Positions 8,349 to 13,184 of a stretch of 13,184 nt of DNA are shown in pieces (the stretch's first letter is position 1; each line of letters begins with the position of its first letter). The notes beneath the pieces are model-generated. The model was not told where the DNA came from. It made no database searches and worked only from the letters and a program-made list of their open reading frames with translations. Where the stretch lies: the NCBI GenBank assembly GCA_046759445.1, contig JBHICG010000082.1, positions 1 to 13,184 of the forward strand, written 5' to 3'. This DNA comes from Candidatus Scalinduaceae bacterium. GTDB lineage: Bacteria; Planctomycetota; Brocadiia; Brocadiales; Scalinduaceae. The translations under genes were made by a program, and so were the position numbers.

Positions 8349-8519
8349 GTGATTAAATTGATAAGATTCGTGAAGGATGAATTGGAATTTACGGCAATAG
8401 AATATGGTCTGATAGCAGCTATGACGGCTATAGGAATTATGGCTACTGTGACAAGCGTTGGCTTTAAGTTATATACAATATATACAACTTTTAATGCATT
8501 TAATATCACACTACATTAA
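8349..8519 (+). CDS. flp: Flp/Fap-family type IVb (Tad) pilin, possibly non-functional; absent from the ORF track
   Basis: Translates as (V)IKLIRFVKDELEFTAIEYGLIAAMTAIGIMATVTSVGFKLYTIYTTFNAFNITLH*, containing the Flp motif TAIEYGLIAA and a hydrophobic helix. Start is GTG 8349 or TTG 8358 (after SD-like GGGGTGA). Confidence 0.8.
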   Translation: MIKLIRFVKDELEFTAIEYGLIAAMTAIGIMATVTSVGFKLYTIYTTFNAFNITLH

Positions 8520-8632
8520 TATTAGTGGATAAAGTGAAGAACATGCTATCATAGGAAAACCGAACTTCTCTGACATTGATACTATCCCTTTTCTTACTTG
8601 CTGAAATTTTCTAATTGCCTTTACTAATTTAT

Positions 8633-8718
8633 AAGCCCAGTCCTTTAGGGCGGAAAACAACTTGCCGCGGAGTTGAGCATCCCACGCAAGCGGAGCGTCG
8701 TGTGGGATGCGAGTTTAC
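8633..8718. mobile_element. IS200/IS605-like terminal remnants (PATE/MITE-like) interrupted by a 36-bp hairpin insertion
   Basis: AAGCCCAGTCCTTTAGGGCGG (8633-8653) resembles the IS200/IS605 subterminal hairpin. CTTGCCGCGGAGTT...TAC resembles another end motif. The hairpin GCATCCCAC...GTGGGATGC (8677-8710) is flanked by GAGTT direct repeats. No transposase is present. Confidence 0.5.
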
Positions 8719-8843
8719 TTTGATTCAATCAATGTCATACCTGCATCGTTAATTACTTAACACGTCCTGGCAAATTTGATAATTTAACGTTAGGGGCTAA
8801 TTTCTTCTCGCAGTCATCCAAGTACTTTTATGTCTTATCAATC

Positions 8844-8872
8844 TTGACTCAATTCACCTTATATTATATAAA
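8844..8872 (+). promoter_or_regulatory. Putative sigma70 promoter for the isochorismatase-family gene
   Basis: TTGACT (8844-8849), 17-bp spacer, TATAAA (8867-8872), ending 7 nt before ATG 8880. Confidence 0.45.
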
Positions 8873-8879
8873 GATCAGT

Positions 8880-9470
8880 ATGGCGGAAGGCGATCTTTCC
8901 CAATTAGCAAAGTACAACATCAGAAAGGCAGAACCAACACTTGATAAGACTGCCCTCCTCGTAATCGATATGCAAGTATACTTCAGTTCGATTGCTGAAC
9001 CTATCCTCAAGAACGTCATTTCATTGATAGAGGTCTGCCGAAGTCAAGGTATTAAGGTCTTTTATACCAGGCATGGACACAAAAGAGTAAATGATGGAAG
9101 TATGCTTTCAAAATGGTGGGGAGATCTGATTGTGTACGAATCAGAAGAGTGGGAGCTTATTAATGGATTGGACGCTGCTTCTGAGGACGTAATCGACAAG
9201 GACAGGTACAACGCATTTCATGGGACTGATCTAGATCAGAGGCTTCAGAGTGTTTGTGCGAAAGACATAATCCTTTCCGGAGTGATGACAAATTGCTGTG
9301 TAGAGACAACGGCCAGGTCAGCCTTTGACCATGATTATGGGGTATTTGTTGTTGCAGACGCATGCGCTACCGCTGATGATGAACTGCATATAGCTACTTT
9401 GAAGAATTTGGCCTATGGATTTGCCTATATCGTGGATACTAAAAGAATGTTGGAATTTTTGGATAGATAG
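8880..9470 (+). CDS. Isochorismatase/nicotinamidase-family cysteine hydrolase
   Basis: Catalytic Asp-Lys-Cys motifs TALLVIDMQ, IDKDRYNAFHGT and SGVMTNCCVETTARSAF. ATG 8880 (196 aa) is preferred over TTG 8844. Confidence 0.88.
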   Translation: MAEGDLSQLAKYNIRKAEPTLDKTALLVIDMQVYFSSIAEPILKNVISLIEVCRSQGIKVFYTRHGHKRVNDGSMLSKWWGDLIVYESEEWELINGLDAASEDVIDKDRYNAFHGTDLDQRLQSVCAKDIILSGVMTNCCVETTARSAFDHDYGVFVVADACATADDELHIATLKNLAYGFAYIVDTKRMLEFLDR

Positions 9471-9550
9471 AAGGATAGCAGTGTATTCTATGATCAAGAT
9501 CCTAGTTCCCATTAAAATTATGAAAATAAACATACGACTGTATTTTGTCT

Positions 9551-10636
9551 TTATTTCTCACTGATTTCAATCTCAAGATCTTGATCTGAATATCCAAATA
9601 GTGCAAGAAGTCCTAAGCATATCCTTAAAGTTGAATTAGCACTCCAATGAGTTTCTACATAAATGTTAGTCCGTCCTACTTTTAAAGGTTCACGCATTTC
9701 GTTAGGAGTTCTACTAAAGTACACTCGTTTTGGCCCTCGGAAAGAAAAGGCTTTATCAAATTCTGAGGTATGTTTATCATAAATAATTTGTGTTAAGCTA
9801 GTAAGAAGCTCTTTCCAAGTTCTAACCTGATGTCGCACTCCACGAAATGTGAAGCTCTTAATTGATTTTCCAATATAAGAGCCTGTTTTACTTGGTGATC
9901 TTTGCCGAGAGGGAGTAGTAATCGGCTTGTAATTGGTTGAAGGTCTCTCCTGTCCCACAATTTGAAACTGGTCTGTATATTTAGCAAGGAATTTTTCAAC
10001 AGCATCAGTTTGTGGTAGAAAACCTGAAAGTTTTTCCGTTGTCTCTACAATAACTTCAATTAGTAATTCGTCTGGGTCTGAAACAATTTTGTTCCACGCT
10101 TTAGGAAGAGTAGACTCTAAAGTCTTTTTCTTATGCTGACTCTTGTAAAGTTTCTCTGCAATCTCAATAGTTTTTCCAGATAAAATATATTCTTTTAACA
10201 AGAATTCGATAAATTTTGTACAAATATCTTGTTGTTCTTGTTGCAACAAATCAACTGTATAAAATCTTCTTTGTTCCCAGCTCCCTTCAGTAAGAGGAAG
10301 ATAAAACCACCATGTTATTCCATTGGTTAGAATAGCAAGTCTGACACCTTCTTGGAAAGAATAATTTAAAAGTTGTTCCTGATGGTTTTCTAAAAGTTCG
10401 TTAATTCTTTTAACTTCGATAAAAACTTTATTCATATTAGAAACACGAAGTGCATAGTCAACTTTTTTGGTACCTACCACTTGCTCTGGTTTTACTTCAT
10501 CTACGTTAAAATGATCCCAACCTAATATCGCAAGTAATCGTAAGACCACTGCCTGTTTTGTCACAGCTTCATCAAATGAGGCAATTTTACGATTAGAACG
10601 TAAATCAGAGATTAATGACAGAAGTTTTTCTTTCAT
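9551..10636 (-). CDS. HsdR_N-type PD-(D/E)XK endonuclease fused to a C-terminal SeqA-C-like domain
   Basis: N-terminal EVKPE..KKVDYAL...FIEVKR...HQEQLLNY...AILTNGITWWFY, then a helical middle region and a P/S/T/R-rich linker. C-terminal GPKRVYFS...PLKVGRTNIYVETHWSAN recalls SeqA GRTRVYFA...PKHVPGTPYWVITNTN. Confidence 0.75.
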   Translation of the reverse strand: MKEKLLSLISDLRSNRKIASFDEAVTKQAVVLRLLAILGWDHFNVDEVKPEQVVGTKKVDYALRVSNMNKVFIEVKRINELLENHQEQLLNYSFQEGVRLAILTNGITWWFYLPLTEGSWEQRRFYTVDLLQQEQQDICTKFIEFLLKEYILSGKTIEIAEKLYKSQHKKKTLESTLPKAWNKIVSDPDELLIEVIVETTEKLSGFLPQTDAVEKFLAKYTDQFQIVGQERPSTNYKPITTPSRQRSPSKTGSYIGKSIKSFTFRGVRHQVRTWKELLTSLTQIIYDKHTSEFDKAFSFRGPKRVYFSRTPNEMREPLKVGRTNIYVETHWSANSTLRICLGLLALFGYSDQDLEIEISEK

Positions 10637-10744
10637 AATGCTTTTATTACTACATTTCGTAAATTGCCTTTAGTTCACTTGATAGTGTAGCTTATGGCAA
10701 TATAAAGAAAGTATGATATAAATATCTTTTTTCATTTATGCTTA

Positions 10745-12778
10745 TTATGCACGGAGGTTTATGCCAAAGGAATTTTTTAAGTTCTCAAGAATCTTTTCCT
10801 GTAATTTATCTACCTCTTCACTCTTCAGGGTTCTATCATCGGCCCTGAATATCAATCTGAAGGCTATGCTCTTCTTACCCCTTTCAATCTGTTTACCCCT
10901 GTATACGTCAAAAAATTCTATGCCATCGACGTAATCTATTTCTAGTGACTCTATACATTTCTTTATGTCGGCCCACGTAATCTTCGCATCACTTACAATA
11001 GCTAAATCTCTCGTCATCGTGGGAAATGATGGGATTTTCTGATATGAACTTTCAAGGTTGGCCATATCCACAAGGAGGTTAAAATTCAATTCTGTGATAC
11101 ATGGTGTACTCCTGAAATCATGACACTTGGCCGTATTACTACTTAATTCACCAATGTATCCTAAGACCTTACCATCCAGCTTGAGTTCTGCGGATTTTTC
11201 AGGACTGAATAAATCAAACCTGTAAGGTATACTTTCAAGTTTGTGTTTGATATTGAGGCGCTTGTGTATTGCCTCAACAATGCCCTTTAAGGACAAAAAT
11301 CCTTCCTCTCCAAGGATGCACAGACATTCTTTTTCTTCCGGCATCTTGTTATCTTGTGAAGGCAAATACACCTTGGATAATTCGTAAATCTGTGTATTCT
11401 CTATGCCATGGTTCTGATTGTGTTTTTTTACCCTCAGAAGGTTATGTATCAGTGTCTTTCTCAGAAGGTCTTCGTCCTGCCGTATTGGATTCACAATCTT
11501 TATGCTGTCGTTATCAGACCAAACATTACCGTATTGATTTTGCGAGTTACAGACAATGCTGTCAGTGACAACCTCGTTAAAGCCAAATCCAGAGATAATG
11601 TTTCTTACCGTTTCCACAATTAAGTCAAACACATTCTCTTGTACCGGCTTAACTCTTATGTTACTCTTTGTAGGTATATTGTCATACCCGTGAATCCTGA
11701 CAATTTCCTCTATCAAATCTATCTCACGGTAAACGTCTCCCCTGAAGCTGGGAACATCTACCTTAAGACTGGTCTTTGTTTCAGATACTACTTTAAATTG
11801 TAAACGCTCCATAATGTCTTTCGCTAAATCCTTTTCGATATGAATCCCTAACATATTATTAAGCCTGGGTATCCTTAATATAACTTTTGTTTTTTCCTTC
11901 TTAAGATAATTCCTATCGATTACTCCTTCTGCAATCTGTCCGCCAGCTATCTCCTGAATCATCTTTGCCACTCTCCTTGATGCCCAGTCAACACACTCAG
12001 GGTCTACACGGCGCTCAAAACGGTAAGAAGAATCTGTCCTTATTCCCAATTTTCTGGAAGTCTTCCTGACATTCCTTGGCTCAAAGAAGGCGCTTTCCAA
12101 AAGGATGTTATTTGTAGTATCAGAAACCTCAGTATCCTTTCCTCCCATTACGCCTGCAATGGCAACAGGCTTATTAGAATCTGCAATTACCAGCATGTCA
12201 GAGGTAAGTTTACACTTGTTGCCATCTATTGCCATCATAATTTCTCCATTAAGCGCACGTCTGACAATAATCTTTTTCCCACCCAGTTTATCAAAATCAA
12301 AGGCATGTAATGGTTGACCACATTCCATTAATACATAATTAGTAATATCCACTATATTATTTACTGGACGCAACCCGATACTGTTTATTCTTTTTTGAAG
12401 CCATTCGGGCGATGGTCCTATACTCACACCCTTTATAACGCGTGCTGTGTACCTCGGACATAATTCCTTATCTTTTACGGTAACATTGCACCGTGGCGGC
12501 ACGCTGGTTATATCTTTTATGCTTTCACTTATTGTGGTATAATTCACATCCGGAATAATAAGCTCACTTCGAGCAATGGCGGCAACCTCTCTTGCGATTC
12601 CAATAAAACCCAAACAATCAGGTCTGTTTGAGGTAACCTCAATATCCAAACAGAAATCGTTATCTATGGGAGTTGTGGTATCAACTACCAATCCAGCATT
12701 TGTTAACCTTTCGGATAATTCCTTTACGGATAGGTTATGTTTGACGTAATCCTTAAGCCAATTAAAACTAATTTTCAT
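10745..12778 (-). CDS. pheT: Phenylalanine--tRNA ligase beta subunit (short form lacking the B2 OB-fold)
   Basis: MKISFNWL start, TSNRPDCL, B3/4 motifs NNIVDITNYV..GQPLHAFD and DSSYRFERRVD, B5 motif VPSFRGDV.REIDLIEE, and FDX-ACB domain RDLA...FFDVYRG...KSIAF. Confidence 0.97.
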   Translation of the reverse strand: MKISFNWLKDYVKHNLSVKELSERLTNAGLVVDTTTPIDNDFCLDIEVTSNRPDCLGFIGIAREVAAIARSELIIPDVNYTTISESIKDITSVPPRCNVTVKDKELCPRYTARVIKGVSIGPSPEWLQKRINSIGLRPVNNIVDITNYVLMECGQPLHAFDFDKLGGKKIIVRRALNGEIMMAIDGNKCKLTSDMLVIADSNKPVAIAGVMGGKDTEVSDTTNNILLESAFFEPRNVRKTSRKLGIRTDSSYRFERRVDPECVDWASRRVAKMIQEIAGGQIAEGVIDRNYLKKEKTKVILRIPRLNNMLGIHIEKDLAKDIMERLQFKVVSETKTSLKVDVPSFRGDVYREIDLIEEIVRIHGYDNIPTKSNIRVKPVQENVFDLIVETVRNIISGFGFNEVVTDSIVCNSQNQYGNVWSDNDSIKIVNPIRQDEDLLRKTLIHNLLRVKKHNQNHGIENTQIYELSKVYLPSQDNKMPEEKECLCILGEEGFLSLKGIVEAIHKRLNIKHKLESIPYRFDLFSPEKSAELKLDGKVLGYIGELSSNTAKCHDFRSTPCITELNFNLLVDMANLESSYQKIPSFPTMTRDLAIVSDAKITWADIKKCIESLEIDYVDGIEFFDVYRGKQIERGKKSIAFRLIFRADDRTLKSEEVDKLQEKILENLKNSFGINLRA
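12487..12504. repeat. 18-bp GC-rich palindromic segment, probably an in-frame insertion in pheT
   Basis: TGCACCGTGGCGGCACGC (14/18 GC). The mRNA strand folds as GUGCCG-CCA-CGGUGC and encodes SVPPRC. TG is repeated at 12487 and 12505. Confidence 0.5.
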
Positions 12779-12788
12779 ATGAAAATAC

Positions 12789-13184
<396 letters not shown>

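Noticed and set aside
8327..8509. 60-aa minus-strand ORF in the track
   Set aside because: It is the antisense shadow of the + strand Flp pilin and has no motif of its own.
8782..8796. ATTTAAC-GTTAGGG as integron attC core sites
   Set aside because: There is no intervening L-box hairpin, no cassette array and no IntI.
8844..8879. TTG start for the isochorismatase-family ORF
   Set aside because: The TTG is part of a likely -35 box (TTGACT), and ATG 8880 fits better.

Overview
AT-rich bacterial chromosomal segment, probably from an anammox planctomycete (Ca. Brocadiales/Scalindua-like). That assignment is an inference from the short, B2-less PheT and overall composition. Two housekeeping blocks flank an accessory stretch. 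The left block is pyrC, a NYN/YacP nuclease and xerC on +, converging on a TPR-containing hypothetical gene and leuS on -. The right block is pheS (partial) and pheT on -. Between them are tRNA-Ala(GGC), transcribed from a promoter back-to-back with the leuS promoter, and a ~4 kb patchwork: an HEXXH metallopeptidase, a dif-like site, a 3D-domain protein, an unannotated and degenerate Flp pilin, IS200/IS605-like end remnants interrupted by a hairpin, an isochorismatase/nicotinamidase-family hydrolase, and a standalone PD-(D/E)XK (HsdR_N-type) nuclease fused to a SeqA-C-like domain. The most interesting leads are this fusion (a candidate single-gene modification-dependent restriction system) and several tiny GC-rich palindromic insertions with apparent target duplications, one of them in-frame inside pheT. 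All homology calls come from motif recognition by eye; no searches were run.
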